From: Malacoraja senta
Taxonomy: Eukaryota
DNA length: 64,000 bases
Direction: 5' to 3'
Assembly (NCBI GenBank): GCA_038087875.1
Contig: CM075989.1
Span: 6,200,001 to 6,264,000 of the forward strand
This document shows positions 38,166-51,549 of this stretch, one piece after another (within the stretch, counting starts at the first letter, position 1; each line of letters starts with the position of its first letter). The notes below the pieces were generated by a model, which was given only the letters and a program-made list of their open reading frames with translations, did no database searches and was not told the DNA's origin. The position numbers and the translations under genes are program-made.

Positions 38166-38439
38166 AGAACTGGCACAAGTGCTGAAACCCTGTGTTAATG
38201 GAACTAGTGTCAGCCTGTAGTTTTAAGCTGCAGCCTGTGGAATAGGACTCAAAAAGCAAGAGAGCTCCAACTAATCTGCGAATAAAAGCTGAAGAAAAGC
38301 TTTGCTAAAAACCTTTAGCACATGTGGTCACGGGGGTAGAGATCATAGAAGATGTTAATTGCTGGCAGGCTTCTTTTTCTGTTGCCGTCAGTTATTCAAG
38401 AATCCTTTCTTTGCCTGCATTTGGATGGTTCCATCGAGT

Positions 38440-38975
38440 CTTTAGTTTTGGAGATACAGCGCGGAAACAGGCCCTTCGGCCCACCAAGTCCGCACCGACC
38501 AGCGATTTCCGTACACTCGCACTATCCCACACTCCAGGAACAATGTACAATCTTTACTGAAGCCAATTAACCTACAAAGCTGTACGTCTTTGGGATGTGG
38601 GAGGAAACCAGAGCACCCGGGGAAAACCCACGAGTTTTATTGTCATATGTCCCAGGAACTGCAGATGCTGGTTTAAACTGAACATAGACACAAAAAGCTG
38701 GAGTAACTCAGCAGGACTGACAGCATCTCTGGTGAAAAGCAATAGGTGACATTTTGGGTTGAGACCCTTCTTCAGACTGAGTATATATATACACACACAC
38801 GTACTTACGCCCATATATATATACACATTACAAAAGGTGTCACAGGGAGAATGTACAAATGCCATACGGACAGCACCCATAGTCAGGATCGAACCTGAGT
38901 CTCAACTGAGTTGCTGCCTTGCGAACCTGAGTTGCAAGGCAGCAACTCGACCACTGTACCACTGTGCTGCCCTGC
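38440..38975 (-). mobile_element. HE1-like V-SINE interrupted by a Penelope module and (TA/CA)n
   Basis: SINE halves flank 38632-38835. Confidence 0.8.
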
Positions 38976-39899
38976 AGATCTAATTCTAATCAAAGATCTT
39001 TGATTCTAATGTCTTTGGACTTTGGATTTCAGAAAACAGAAGGCCGATCTTATTAAAACATACATGACCCAGCAGGGAAATGACAAGATGTCCAGGTGTT
39101 ATCACTGAGCGGAGAATCTCAAACAACTGTACATGGTTACAAGATTCAGATTCACACTCTGATTAGTTTATTGTCATAGGGTGCAATAAAGCTCGCGAGT
39201 AAACAGTATAATACAGTAATGATAAATAAAACATTACCACAAGTGCAAAGAAGCTGAAAGGTGCAAGTTTGCAATGCAATCTGAAGTAGACAAAAATGAA
39301 TTAAAGTACAATAACAGAAGAAGTGAATGAGCTAAAGAGTTAGAGTGCATGGCAACACCTCTGGGAAAGGGATGTGTAAAAGGTGACTGATTTAGGAGTC
39401 GGAGAGGAGTGTGAGGAAGAAGCTATTCCTAAGTCTGGAAGAGAGAACTTTCAAGCTTCTGTTCATAAGACATGGGAGCAGAATTGGGCCATTCAGCCCA
39501 TCTACTCTGCTCCGCCATTCAATCATGGCTGATCCATTTTCCCCTCTCAATCCCATTCTCCTGCCTCATCCCCATAACCTTAAACACCCTTACGAATCAA
39601 GAACCTATCAACCTCTCTTTTAAAAATACCCCATGACCTGGCCTCCACTGCCATCTGTGGCAGATACATCACCCACTGACTAACGAAATTCCTCCCTGTC
39701 ACTATATTAAATGGAACATGGATAGGTGATGTTTCAGAGCGGGACACTTCTTAAGACTAATGTACAAAGTGCTGGAGTAATTCAGTGGGTCAGGCAGCAA
39801 CTGAAGAAAAAATCTGAAGATGGATCCCGACCTGAAATAACACCTGTCCATGTTCTCCAGAGATGCTGCCTGATCCACTGAGTTACTCCAGCACTCCAA

Positions 39900-40370
39900 C
39901 ACAGAGAACATTTACGAGGATGTTGCCAGGAGTTGTGGGCCTGAGCTATCGGAAGAGGTTGAGCAGGCTAGGACTATATTCCTTGGCGGGCAGGAGGCTG
40001 AGGGGTGATCTTATAGAGGTGTACAAATCAGGAGATGAATACAAATTGGGCACAGTTTTAGGCCTGGAGTTGGGGAATTGAGAACCAGAGGACATGAATT
40101 TAAGGTGAGGGGGGGAAATATTTAATATGCATCCAAGGGTAACTTTTTTGCACAAAGGGTGGTGGATGTATGGAACCAGTGCCGGAGAAGGTAGTTGAGG
40201 CAGGTACTAACGCAATGTTTAAGAAACATTTAAATAGATACATGGATAGGTTAAGTTTAGAGGGTTATGGACCAAATGCAGGCCAAAGGGACTAGTGTAG
40301 ATGGGGCATACTGTTCGCTGTGGGCTGAAGGGCCTGTTTCCATGCTATATGACTACATGGCTCTACGATT
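39900..40370 (+). mobile_element. HER1-like LINE 3' fragment
   Basis: QRTFTRMLPGVVGLSYRKRLSRLGLYSLAGRRLRGDLIEVYK. Confidence 0.85.
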
Positions 40371-40643
40371 CTCTATGATACACTTTTTTAAAATCTATTA
40401 GCTGATCTTGTGTTTATTGGGGAAATGATAATGGCCGTGCCGAGTCTTATGAACATGGTTTGCTACAGAGCATAGTCGCGGTTGATAAAACAAAACAGCA
40501 ACTCCCAATACTTCTGGACGGTGTGGGTCTATAATTGATCAGAATGAGAAATTCATAATGTTACCAATTCAGCGGTGGAAACCTACTTTCACAAAAAATA
40601 GTAATCTCTCAATCCTAGAGCTTTCTCAACTGTCGTAGCTTTA

Positions 40644-41182
40644 AGGGGCTGTCCCACTTGGGCGACCTAATTGGCGAGTTTAGAAGAGTTTAGGAGAGTT
40701 TGAAAAAATGTCATGTTGAAGACCTCCTTCGACCTCCTTCGACTATGTTGAAGATCAGCTTCGACCAGCTACGACTTACTTCGGGAAAATTGGACACCGA
40801 ATAGTGGAGAGTGAAGACGACCTCCTTCGACCTCCCTTCGACCTCCCTTCGACTATGATGAAGACTATCTACGACTACCTTCGACTACCCTCGATTACCT
40901 ACGACTAACGTGCCGACCTACCACGACCTACTACGACTAAACCTACGAGTAAAAAAAGTATCGATTTTTTCCATGGCGACCTTTTACTACTCGCGGGCAT
41001 TTTTCAACGTTGAAAAATACGCCGCGACCTAGCTGAGGCCTTGAGTTCACGGGGACCTCTCTCGAGCATGAAGGAGAGTTACAAAGACTTCCTACAACCT
41101 CGTGTCGACCATGCTGCGAGTATGAGTCGAGGGCAAACTCGCCAGAACTCGCGGATTAGGTCGCCCAAGTGGGACAGGCCCT
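40644..41182. mobile_element. PIF/Harbinger-type MITE (same subfamily as 25755)
   Basis: Near-identical to 25755-26284; flanks TTA/TCA. Confidence 0.9.
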
Positions 41183-42559
41183 TCAGTTTACATTCACAAA
41201 TGGAAGCACCAGCCATCCTTGTAATGGGAAACCCATCAACACGGCAGAGAAACTCTTCAGGATAAAACATATCAGGGATTTGTCCTTGAACTAGCAGCGA
41301 TAGAAACCTTTCGGGGGTTTTGGTGCCTCTGTGATGCTCCACTGATGAAAGTTAGATCATGAGAGGTCGTGAAGCATGAGCTTCAGAAATGGAATGCATC
41401 ACGAGCGCCAATATTGTATTCAGTGTCCAAGACTCATAGAGTGATACTGTGTGGAAACAGGCCCTTCGGCCCAACTTGCCCACACCGGCCAACAATGTCC
41501 CAGCTACACTAGTCCCACCTGCCTGCACTTGGTCCATAACCCTCCAAACTTGTCTACCAAATACAAACAGTGGTTTGTCTACCAATCTACAAACAGTGTT
41601 ACCAATTCAAGATGATGATGTCCACTGCACCTGGGTACAGGTGAGAATAGGCTATCATTGAATCCAGCTTGCCCCACCTTTACTACAAACAGTCTGAAGA
41701 AGGGTCCCAACATGAAACGTCCACAATCCATGATCTCCAGAGATGCTGCTTGACCTGTTGAGTTACTCCAGCACATTGTATCTTTTTTCTGTAAACCACC
41801 ATCAGCAGTTTGTTGTGTCTAATGAATGCCAGGGTCAGGTGGGGGTGAGGGGGGGGTGTTGATGCCACTGGGTCCAACACTTGGGTCAGCCACCATCCAG
41901 CTCACCTACCCCCCCCCCCCCCTCCCCAAGGCTCATGGATGAAGCACCATAGAGTGTCTGCAACCTGCAGGGACATGTGTAGGAAGGAAGTGCAGATGCT
42001 GGTTTAAACCGAAGACGGACACAAAATGCTGGAGTAACTCAGCGGGACAGGCAGCATCTCTGGAGAGAAGGAATGGGTGACGGTTCGGGTCGAGGCCCTT
42101 CTTCAGAATCGACCCGAAACTTCACACATTCCTTCTCTCCAGAGGTGCTGCCCGTCCCACCAAGTTACTCCAGCCTGTTGCGTCAATCTACCTGCAGTGA
42201 ATCACCACTTGCAGCGACTGGGGATGAAACATTCAGGCAAGGAAATGAGGTCAATGGTGGAATGTAGCCATCGTAACCCGCTTGCTGAGTTATGGATTGC
42301 TATTTCCTCACTGAATTCAGTTCAAGGGTATATACAGTGCTGTCAGTCTTGAGGGAATCCAGCAGCTCCCAGCTCCCTTTGATGTGTGGATTTGCTCGGA
42401 ATTAACTTTGCATGGCCTCTTGCACTTGACCCCCCCCCCCCCCAATTCCAATCAGGTAATGTGAAATGGTGATTAGGTGCTTTGTGATTAGGGCTTCATT
42501 GGTAGCAGGTGAATGGGAACCAAGGAGGGCTGCTTTGATTTGGTGTCCAGCCCTGTTTC

Positions 42560-42780
42560 CTTCGTGGTTTCGGAATGAGCAACGGTTGCCTGTGATTTGT
42601 GTGTAAACTGTGATGAGTCAACACCCTGGCCACTCTGCTGTGCAGACAGCTGTGTTTGCCTGCTCCACAAACCACAACCATCTTCTCTACCTGTGACGTC
42701 AGCTGGTACGAGGCATTCAGACCACATTCCTCGTGTTTACCTTTTGAAAAATGCTTGCGGGCCGGGCGTACATTCCCCTC
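42560..42780. promoter_or_regulatory. Candidate enhancer (dense motif cluster)
   Basis: TGAGTCA 42614, TGACGTCA 42694, AACCACA 42670, GACCACA 42720, GGAATG/CATTCC 42572/42725/42771, TGTTTAC 42734, CAGCTG 42647/42700. Confidence 0.4.
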
Positions 42781-42847
42781 CTTTGCTTTTTCCACCGTCG
42801 TTTTAGCTCCTCCACCGCAGCGCCCACATCTTCCACCCACCCACCCG

Positions 42848-43245
42848 TGCGTAGGAAGGAACTGCAGGTGCTGCTTTACACCAAAGACGGACACAAAATG
42901 CTGGGGAAACTCAGCGGCTGCGTCACCGGGGAGAAGGAATGGGTGACGTTCCGGGTCGAGACACTTCTGAGAGTCAGGGGGAGAGGACAGCGAGAGTTAT
43001 GAAACGGTACCGAACAAATCAGAGCCGGCACTGAAGAGCCCCAGGAAGCATGGAGCCCACAATGGTCCATTGTTGGCAGTGGAAGAGGTGACAACGAAAG
43101 GATACGAACAGTGAAACTAGCAGGACGTCTAGAGTGGGGGGAGCAACGGGGAGAGGGGGAATGCAAAGGGTTACTTGAATTTAGAGAAATCAATGTTCAT
43201 ACCGCTGGGTTGTAAGCTGCCCCAGCGAAATATGAGGTGCTGTTG
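42848..43245 (-). mobile_element. Penelope 3' fragment
   Basis: QHLIFRWGSLQPSGMNIDFSKFK-like end, UTR and module. Confidence 0.8.
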
Positions 43246-44089
43246 GGTCTACACCCTTCAGATATGTTGTCTGACCTGCTGAGTTACTCCAGCACTTTGT
43301 TGGGGGGTTTTGTGGCCATTTAATATCAGGAAGAATACCAAATTGGTGATGTTTCTAACCATCAAGATCCAATGCGTAAGTTCAAATCTCACCAATGTGG
43401 AGGTGAACTTGCATGAAACTGAGCAAATAATCTGGCAATGTGAGGAAAAACGAGCAAATGCTTCAAAATTGAAGGCTTTGCTCCATCTGGTAGCTCCCAG
43501 TGTAAATGGATTGAAGGCACAAAGTGGATATGGTGGCATGGTAGCTATGTTAATGGCTTTGTAAAGCAGAGGTAGGAACTAACAAACCAGACATACAGCT
43601 GTCACGGAATTCAAATTCAATTCATTAAACAAATTAAAAAGCTGATATTGTGGGACATATGTTCTCTGCGAATTCCAAACATCCGATGTAGTCCCTGTGC
43701 AGACAATAACACAAGAGTCACAAAGAAACATAGACAGGGCAAGTGCTCTTTATTTAAGACTCCTTTCTACGACCCTTTCTGCAGTCCAGGGAGTGGTGAA
43801 TCACTTGATACATTCCTAAAAAAAAGCCTTCAAGCAACAATTAATGAACACAACTAATATTGCATATACTAAAGTAACAAATCACCAGTCTGAAGAAGGG
43901 TCTCGACCCAAAATGTCACATATTCCTTTTCTCCAGAGAGACTGCCTGACCCACTGATTTACTCCAGCATTTAGTGTCTATCTTCGGTGTAAACCAGCAC
44001 CTGCAGTTCCTTCTTACACATCATGAAACCTGGCCTGATCTGCTTTTAGCAAAGAAAAGCTGCGTCTTTAAGGAACCTTTGAGCCTATT

Positions 44090-44385
44090 TTTAGTTTTAG
44101 AGATACGGCATGGAAACAGGCCCTTCAGCCCATCGAGTCGACGCTGACCATCGATCACCCGTCCACATTAGTTCTATGTTAGTCCTCGTCCACTCCCTAC
44201 ACACTAGGTGCAATTTACAGAGGGCCAATCAACGTACGTCTTTTTTGGGGACGTCGAAGTAAACCCGGGGGAAATTCACGCAGTCGCATGGAGAACATGC
44301 AAACTCCACACAGACAGCGCACGAGGTCAGGATCGAACCCTGGACTGTGAGGCAGCAACTCAACGAGCTGCACCACTGTGCCGCA
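44090..44385 (-). mobile_element. Older HE1-like V-SINE
   Basis: Tail and head similarity. Confidence 0.72.
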
Positions 44386-44901
44386 CTAGTCCACCAATTA
44401 TTTACATCATTGGCTGATCGGCTTTTGGGCTCAATTCAACTTTCCTACCTATTTCCTTGACTCACCAGATGACCAAAAATCAGCCTGCCACAGCCAAGAG
44501 TATATATGTAAAAAACAAAGTGCTGGAGGAACTCAGGGGGTCAGGCAGCATGAATGGAAAGAATGGACAGAGAGCATTTCTGGTTGGGATTCATCTTCAG
44601 ACCAGTCTGAGGATCCCAACCAGCAACATCATCTGTCAGGGGTTCCGACTTCTTGTCAGTCAGGATGGAGTCAATGACTCTCAAGTCAAGATTGACACCA
44701 AGTGCTAGAGTAACCCAGCAGGACAGGCAGCATCTCTGAAGAAAAGGAATAGGTGACGTTTCGGGTTGAGACCGTTCTTCAGACTGAAGAAGTATTCTGA
44801 CCTGAAACATAACATATTCCTTCTCTCCAGAGATGCTGCCTGACCCCCTGAGTTACTCTAGCACTTTGTGTCTATTTTCGGCATCTGCAGTTCCTTCTTA
44901 C

Positions 44902-46686
44902 CCTCGACGGAGATGTGACTTTTCCGTATCGTATCTCTGTCCACACTGCGGCCTAACATCGAGGAGGTGGCGGTCCCTTTACTGGGGATCGACTTCGGGA
45001 GCTCCAATGCGGGAGCTCCAACGTGGGACTTAACATCGTGGAGCTTGCGATCGCTTGGTTAGGGACCGACCGGGAGCTGCAAGCCGCAGGAGCTTCGATT
45101 GCCCCGACGCAGGAGCTTCGATCGCCAGCTGCGGGAGCTTCGATCTGTGGATGGTTCGACTACCCCGGCCGCAGGGGAAATGGAGGGAAGAAGATAATAC
45201 GTTATTGCCTTCCATCACAGTGCGCTGTGGTGGATGTTGATGTAAATTGTTATGTAGTTGTGCGTCTTGTTGCATTATTGGTATCACTGGGGTCAAGGAA
45301 AGAGCGTTCACGTCGCAGCCCTGTTTCCACCAATCTATCCACCACCACGCACAAGAAGCACAAGAAGCACAAGACAGACACCATTGTATGCAGATGCAGA
45401 GAAGTGTGTTCAACTCTGGCTGAACAACTTCTAATCTGGTGTGTGGACTCAATAAGAAGAAGATTGGTATGACTAAAATGAGACCACATGGTATTGGGGG
45501 TAGGGTGTTGACGTGGATAGAAATTGGTTGGCAGACAGGAAGCAAAGAGTAGGAGTGAACGGGTCCTTTTCAGAATGGCAGGCAGTGGCGAGTGGAGTGC
45601 CGCAAGGCTCGGTATTGGAGCCGCAACTGTTTACCATATATATTAATGATTTGGAAGAGGGAATTAGGAGCAACACTAGCAAGTTTGTGGATGACACAAA
45701 GCTGGGTGGCAGTGTGAACTGTGAAGAGGATGTTAGGAGGTTGCAGGGTGACCTGGACAGGTTGAGTGAGTGGGCAGATGTGTGGCAGAGGCAGTATAAT
45801 ATAGATAAATGTGAGGTTATCCACTTTGGCGGCAAAAACAAGGTGGCAGATTATTATCTCAATGGGGTTCGGTTAGGTAAGGGGGAGGTACAGCGAGAAC
45901 TGGGTGTCCTTGTACACCGGTCACTGAAGTTGGCATGCAGGTGCAGCAGGCAGTGAAGAAAGCTAATGGAATGTTGGCCTTCATAACAAGAGTATTTCAG
46001 TATAGGAGTATAGAGGTTCTTCTGCAGTTGTGTAGGGCTCTGGTGAGACCACATCTGGAGTATTGTGTACAGTTTTGGTCTCCTAATTTGAGGAAGGACA
46101 TCCTTGTGATTGAGGCAGTGCAGCGTAGGTTCACGAGATTGATCCCTGGGATGGCGGGACTGTCATATGAGGAAAGATTGAAAAGACCAGCCTTGTATTC
46201 ACTGGAGTTTAGAAGGATGAGGGGGGATCTTATAGAAACATATAAAATCATAAAAGGACTGGACAAGCTAGATGCAGGAAAAATGTTCCCAATGTTGGGC
46301 GAGTCCAGAACCAGGGGCCACAGTCTTAGAATAAAGGGGAGGCCGTTTAAGACCAAGGTGAGAAAAAACATTTTCACCCAGAGAATTGTGAAATTGTGGA
46401 ATTCCCTGCCACAGAGGGCAGTGGAGGCCAAATCACTGGATGGATTTAAGAGAGCGTTAGATAGAGCTCTAGGGCCTAGTGCAACCAAGGGATATGGGGA
46501 GAAGGCAGGCACGGGTTATTGATTGGGGACGATCAGCCATGATCACAATGAATGGCGGTGCTGGCTCGAAGGGCCGAATGACCTCCTCCTGCACCTATTT
46601 TCTATGTCTATGACTATATGGCAAATCAAATCCCTTGTATGTTTTTACATACTTGGCTAATATATTAATTACAAGTACAATTACAA
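44902..46686 (+). mobile_element. GC-rich non-autonomous element with a Rex1-type tail, split by two insertions
   Basis: Body 44902-45288; tail 46609-46686 matches the 4690-4725 Rex1 tail. Confidence 0.6.
45476..46608 (+). mobile_element. CR1 LINE, about 1.1 kb RT fragment with frameshifts
   Basis: SGVPQGSVLEPQLFTIYINDL...SKFVDDTKLGG; TATGACTA at 45468-45475 and 46609-46616. Confidence 0.95.
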
Positions 46687-47274
46687 TATTGTGGTTGAGT
46701 AACCCCTCATAATTGTTCCTTCCAGTGACCATTGACTGCCACTCTATCCTGGATCAGTTCACTGCTCTTGTTGACTATCAGTGAGATGGGCCTTGTATAT
46801 GTAGGCCTTGAGCACATTGACAGAGAGTTGCAGAGCCTCCTGTACTCACTCCGGCCATTAGGTACGCTCGCATGAACGGTTTTCTGCAGTTCCTCTGCCT
46901 TCAGATGCCGATAAAGTTGTTTATTGTCTCCGGGGGGGAGATGATGGAGCTTTCAATCCATGAACAACTTCAATTGTCAGTTTTGGCTCTTCGAAGATAA
47001 GACGCCAAAATTCTCTTCACATTGGCAATTGCGATAGATTCATAAGTTTAGTTTGGAGACAAAACTCTGAACTATGAAATCCCTGGGTGGCACTAGGGCT
47101 CGTTTCTGTTTGTGCACGATATTGTTTTTTTTTGTCATTTCTGAATTTGTTTTTATTGTTCATTAGTTAACCTATTGAGTTTGGTGTTTACAAACCTGTT
47201 GCGTTGCTGCTTAACTGTTCCGTCCTGGGACACATGACAGGAAAACAGTCTAGACTCTTGGTCCGACTTGTAGA

Positions 47275-47795
47275 AGATGACTGGCGATCGCTTCGCTCAG
47301 TCAGCCTTGGCCCACGTGATCTCCAACTTGCCAAATACTTTAACTCCCCCTCCCATTCCCACACTGACCTTTCTGTCCTGGGCCACCTCCACTGTCAGAG
47401 TGAGGCCACACTCAAATTGGAGGAACAGCAGCTCATATTTCTCTCGGGCAGCTTACACCCCAGTCATACGATCGTTGATTTCTCTAATTTGAAGTAATCC
47501 TGCATTCCCTCTCTCCCTCCCTCCCCCGCCCTAGACGTCCTACCAGTTCCACTGTTCGCATCACTGTTTCCCTTCTGTTATCACCTCTTCCCCAGCCAAC
47601 AATGGACCATTGTGGGCTCCACCCTTCCTTGGTCATCTGTTACCAGCCTTGATTTATTCTGACCTTTTCCGACCTCCAGTCTGATGAAGGATCCCGACCC
47701 GAAACATCACCCATCCTTTTTCTCCAGAGATGCCGCCTGACCCACTGAGTTACTCCAGCACTTTGTGTATACCAGCACCTGCAGTTCCTTCCTAC
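47275..47795 (+). mobile_element. Penelope 3' fragment with hammerhead module
   Basis: LAKYFNSPSHSHTDLSVLGHLHCQSEATLKLEEQQLIF; ctgatgaaggatcccgacccgaaacatc at about 47681. Confidence 0.85.
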
Positions 47796-48379
47796 ATGAA
47801 GATGAGTTGAATTTGACTCCCTAACATTGAGGCTAGAGCCATGGAAATGCTACAGCGACATTACACAAAGGATTGCATGGGTGGGAAAGAATTTATGGAG
47901 TAAATTGCACATAGAAGCAATGGGTTCTGATATTAATTATCGTCCTTTCATTCCTTGCATTCTGAGGTTCTTAAAAGTCTTGTGACATTGCGTAGGAAGA
48001 CAATTGCGATGTTTCCAGTCCAGGATTTCTCCACAGCTTGTTATCTTTAGTTCTCCGTGTCTCAGGAAGCCAGCTGTGTTTATTTTGACATCCCACTGTT
48101 CTGTCCCCAGCTCCAACTTTGGACGTTTCAGTTCACCCCTACCACAAGCCTTGGGTTTCAATCCCACCTCACCTTTGAACCTGTGGCGGACTCCACTGGG
48201 AGTTAGGTGCTTTGCTGTCTGAGATTCAAAGCTCTCTGTGCCTTCCATTAGACCTAGTGTTAGTGTGAAGAAAGGAACTGCAGATGCTCGTTGATACTGA
48301 ACGTGGCACAAAGTGCTGGAGTAACTCGGTGGATCAGGATGGGCTAAAGGAAAGGTATGGGTGACATTTTGGATCGGGA

Positions 48380-48895
48380 CCGATAAGGCGCTGGTAAGGA
48401 CACATTTGGAATATTGTGACCAATTTTGGGCACCATATCTGAGGAAGGATCTGGAGAGGGTCCAGAGGAGGTTTACAAGAATGATCCCAGGAATGAGAAG
48501 GTTAACCTATGATGAGCGTTTGGCCGCACTGGGCCTGTACTTGCTGGAGTTTAGAAGAATGAGGGGGGACCTCATTGAAACATACAGAAAAGGCTTGGAT
48601 AGAGTGGATGTGCAGAGGATGTTTCCACTAGTGGGAGAGTCTAGGACTAGAGGTCATAGCCTCAGAATTAAAGGACGTTCTTTTAGGAAGGAGATGAGGA
48701 GAAATTCCTTTAGTCAGAGGGTGGTGAATCTGTGGAATTCTTTGCCACAGAAGGCTGTGGAGGCTAAGTCAGTGGATATTTTTAAGGCAGAGATAGATAA
48801 AATGTTGATTAGGGGTTTAGGAGGAAGAGATGGATCAGCCATGATTGAATGGAGGAGCAGACTTAATGGGCCGAATGGCCTAATTCTACTCCTAT
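48380..48895 (+). mobile_element. CR1 3' fragment
   Basis: ALVRTHLEYCDQFWAPYLRKDLERVQRRFTRMIPG. Confidence 0.92.
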
Positions 48896-49493
48896 CCCTC
48901 TTCACCAGTCTGAAGAAGGGACCCTTCCCGAAACGTCACCCATTCTTTTTCTCCAGAGATGCTGCCTGACCCGGCTGAGTTTGTGTCCGTCTTCAGACAT
49001 AATGTTTGAAGGCCGACCCACAGCAATGTTCGAGTGGGGCTGGAGCGTGCGGACATGGCAGTGGGACTAAGCTGGTGAGAATCATGACTGATTTGGCCTA
49101 AGTCCATCGGACCACCTCCAACACTGATTCATGGCGCCTTCAGTCACCAAAAATATATCAATGACGGGTCTCATTAGGTCAGCTGCAATTGCTATTATTG
49201 AAAGTTAATTTCAAATATGCACAGTCTCAGCTTACACATGCATTTATTATCTTGGGCAAAACACAAAGTACTGGAGGAACTCAATGAGTCAACGGTGATT
49301 TTATTGTCACATGTGTGAAGTGCAAACGCGCAGTGAAATTCTTTTCTCACAAACAGTCCAGTAGAGTGTTGCCGTACTCAAACACATCTCCACTGAGCAA
49401 ATTGTACAGAAATAGTCTACTGATCCCGCGTGCAAGAGGCGCCATGTTTTGCCGCCATTTTCAGAGTCCAGTCCACGCTCTGGGTATTATGAG

Positions 49494-50310
49494 CGGTGCC
49501 TGTTCCAGGCGAGCCCCAGGCTGCTGCGGGGCCTCCAGCCGTCGCCTTCCTTGGACGTGCGGGTCGTCCTGGGAACCGATGTCCCTCTCCTCGCCCGTCC
49601 ACATTTCCCCCCTGGGGTGTGCCTCCCGCCACCGACCTCGAGGGCGCGGAAGGCCAGACTCCGCGGAGTTCCCTCTCCTCTCACGCCGGCCTCGCTCCTC
49701 GCCCATCACGTCCATCGACCTCACTGACTCCATCCACTCGGTGGCGAGCATGGGTCGGCTCGGCGGGAAACCGATTCCAGGCCACGGTCCGCTCGGTACT
49801 CCAAGCAAGGGCCAACTCCAGGGACCTGGGGTGGAGGGTATTGCACCGAGGAGTCCCGTGCAACCTGTTTCTCTCGCGGTTCACAGACTCGCCAGCCGCC
49901 TGCCACTTTTGCGGGCTGGAAGAGTCTGTGTACCACGTGTACATGGAGTGCGTGAGGCTGCAGCCCCTGTTTGAATACCTAAAGGGGCTGCTCCTTGCCT
50001 TCTGGCTGCATTTCTCACCCACCATCCTCATCTTGGGACACCCTGTGTGTAGGGGAGAGGGTAAGGGCTGAAGATGTCCTGGTTGTGTTGCTCCTGGGCC
50101 TGGCCAAGCTGGCTATCCGCGAGTCACGGCGCCAGGCGGAAGAGGGCTCTGCCCGAGCCATCTGCCTGCCCCTTTTCCGGGGGCTACGTCCTTGCCTGGG
50201 TGGTGTTAAAGGGGGACTACACTCTGTCCACAGGCCCCCTGGGGGATTTGCGGGACCGCTGGGCACCGCGGGGGGTGGAATGCATCCTCGACAAGGATTG
50301 TAACATTTAG
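49494..50310 (+). mobile_element. Tx1-clade LINE ORF2 C-terminal fragment (zf-RVT CCHC); 3' UTR resumes at 51161-51295
   Basis: DLGWRVLHRGVPCNLFLSRFTDSPAACHFCGLEESVYHVYMECVRLQPLF...LLLGLAKLAI; frameshifted. Confidence 0.88.
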
Positions 50311-51158
50311 ATTTAGAGAGATTCCTTTATTTGTCATTCAGACCTTTTGGTCTGAACGAAATTTCGTTGCCTGCAGTCATACATATAATAATAAATAACA
50401 AAACACACAATAAACACAAATTAACATCCACCACAGTGAGTTCACCAGGCACCTCCTCACTGTGATGGAGGCAAAAGTCTTAAAGTCTCTGTCTCTTCCC
50501 GCTTTGTTCTCCCTCTGCGCTGAGGCGATCCAGGCTTCTGATGTTGTGACCCCGCCGGGTGATAGTAAGTCAGTCCCGCGGCTGAATCCGAGCTCCGTGA
50601 CGGGCCGGTTCAAACTCCGCGGCCCGGGGTGGCCGAAGCTGCCGAAGCTGCCGCCCTCCAGTCCAGCGGACGCAGCTGTAGTTGCGGGAGCCCCAGAAAA
50701 ACAGGTCACCCACCTGTGACCTGCGAGCTCCCGACGATGTCGTCCTCCGGGCCCGCGGCCGAGCCTCCGGACCCAGGTCACCACCAGTGTCCTCGGTCGC
50801 CACCGCCGGAACGCCACTGCAGCCCCGAAGCCGGCCAGCCCCGCGCTGGTAAGTCCTGGCTCTGCCTCCGGTGCCTCGAGGTCGGTCGGTCGCAGTTGGA
50901 GTTGGAGGCCGGCAGCTCCGCCATTTTGGCCTCAGCGCAGACGGAGGCAGAGAAGGGGGATACTACAAGAAAAAGTCGCATTCCCCCGAAGGAAGAGACA
51001 AAAATCATGTTTCACCCCCCCCCCACCCCCACCCCAACCCCCACACATACACAACCCAATAAATTAAAATTTAACTAAAACAGGACAAAAGAAAACAACA
51101 AAAAAAGTAAAAACAGACGGACTGCAGGCGAGCCGCAGCTGTACGACAGCGTCGCCAC
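50311..51158 (-). mobile_element. About 850-bp GC-rich non-autonomous retroelement with a Rex1-like 3' stem-loop
   Basis: Splits the Tx1 (TTAG on both sides); no RT ORF; tail gaaatttcgttcagaccaaaaggtctgaatgacaaataaa. Confidence 0.65.
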
Positions 51159-51549
51159 TTAGTTGTTTCAGACTATTTGACATTTAAGAATATTTGTTCA
51201 GATAGTTGGGTGATTTTGTATTATGGTGGTGGGTTTGTTTGGTGTTGTTTTGTATTGTAGATATTATTGCAATAATTGATTACATTTATTTTTGCAGGGG
51301 CTGGCTCAGCAGCCTCCCTCTGTAGGCCGCTGTCCGCTGGGCCTTGCGATCGGCCGCAAGGCACACTGACTTCTCATCTTCCCCCTGCAGGCCCCCGAGC
51401 TCTGGGTGCTTCTGCCACCACTGTGGCACTCTGCAAACTCAGTGGGACAAGTAATATCTGTGGAGGGAATGGACAGACAACGTTTCTACTCAAGACCCCT
51501 CTTCAGACTGATTTAAAAGCTAGAAAAGAGAGGTAAGGGGCACGACTTT

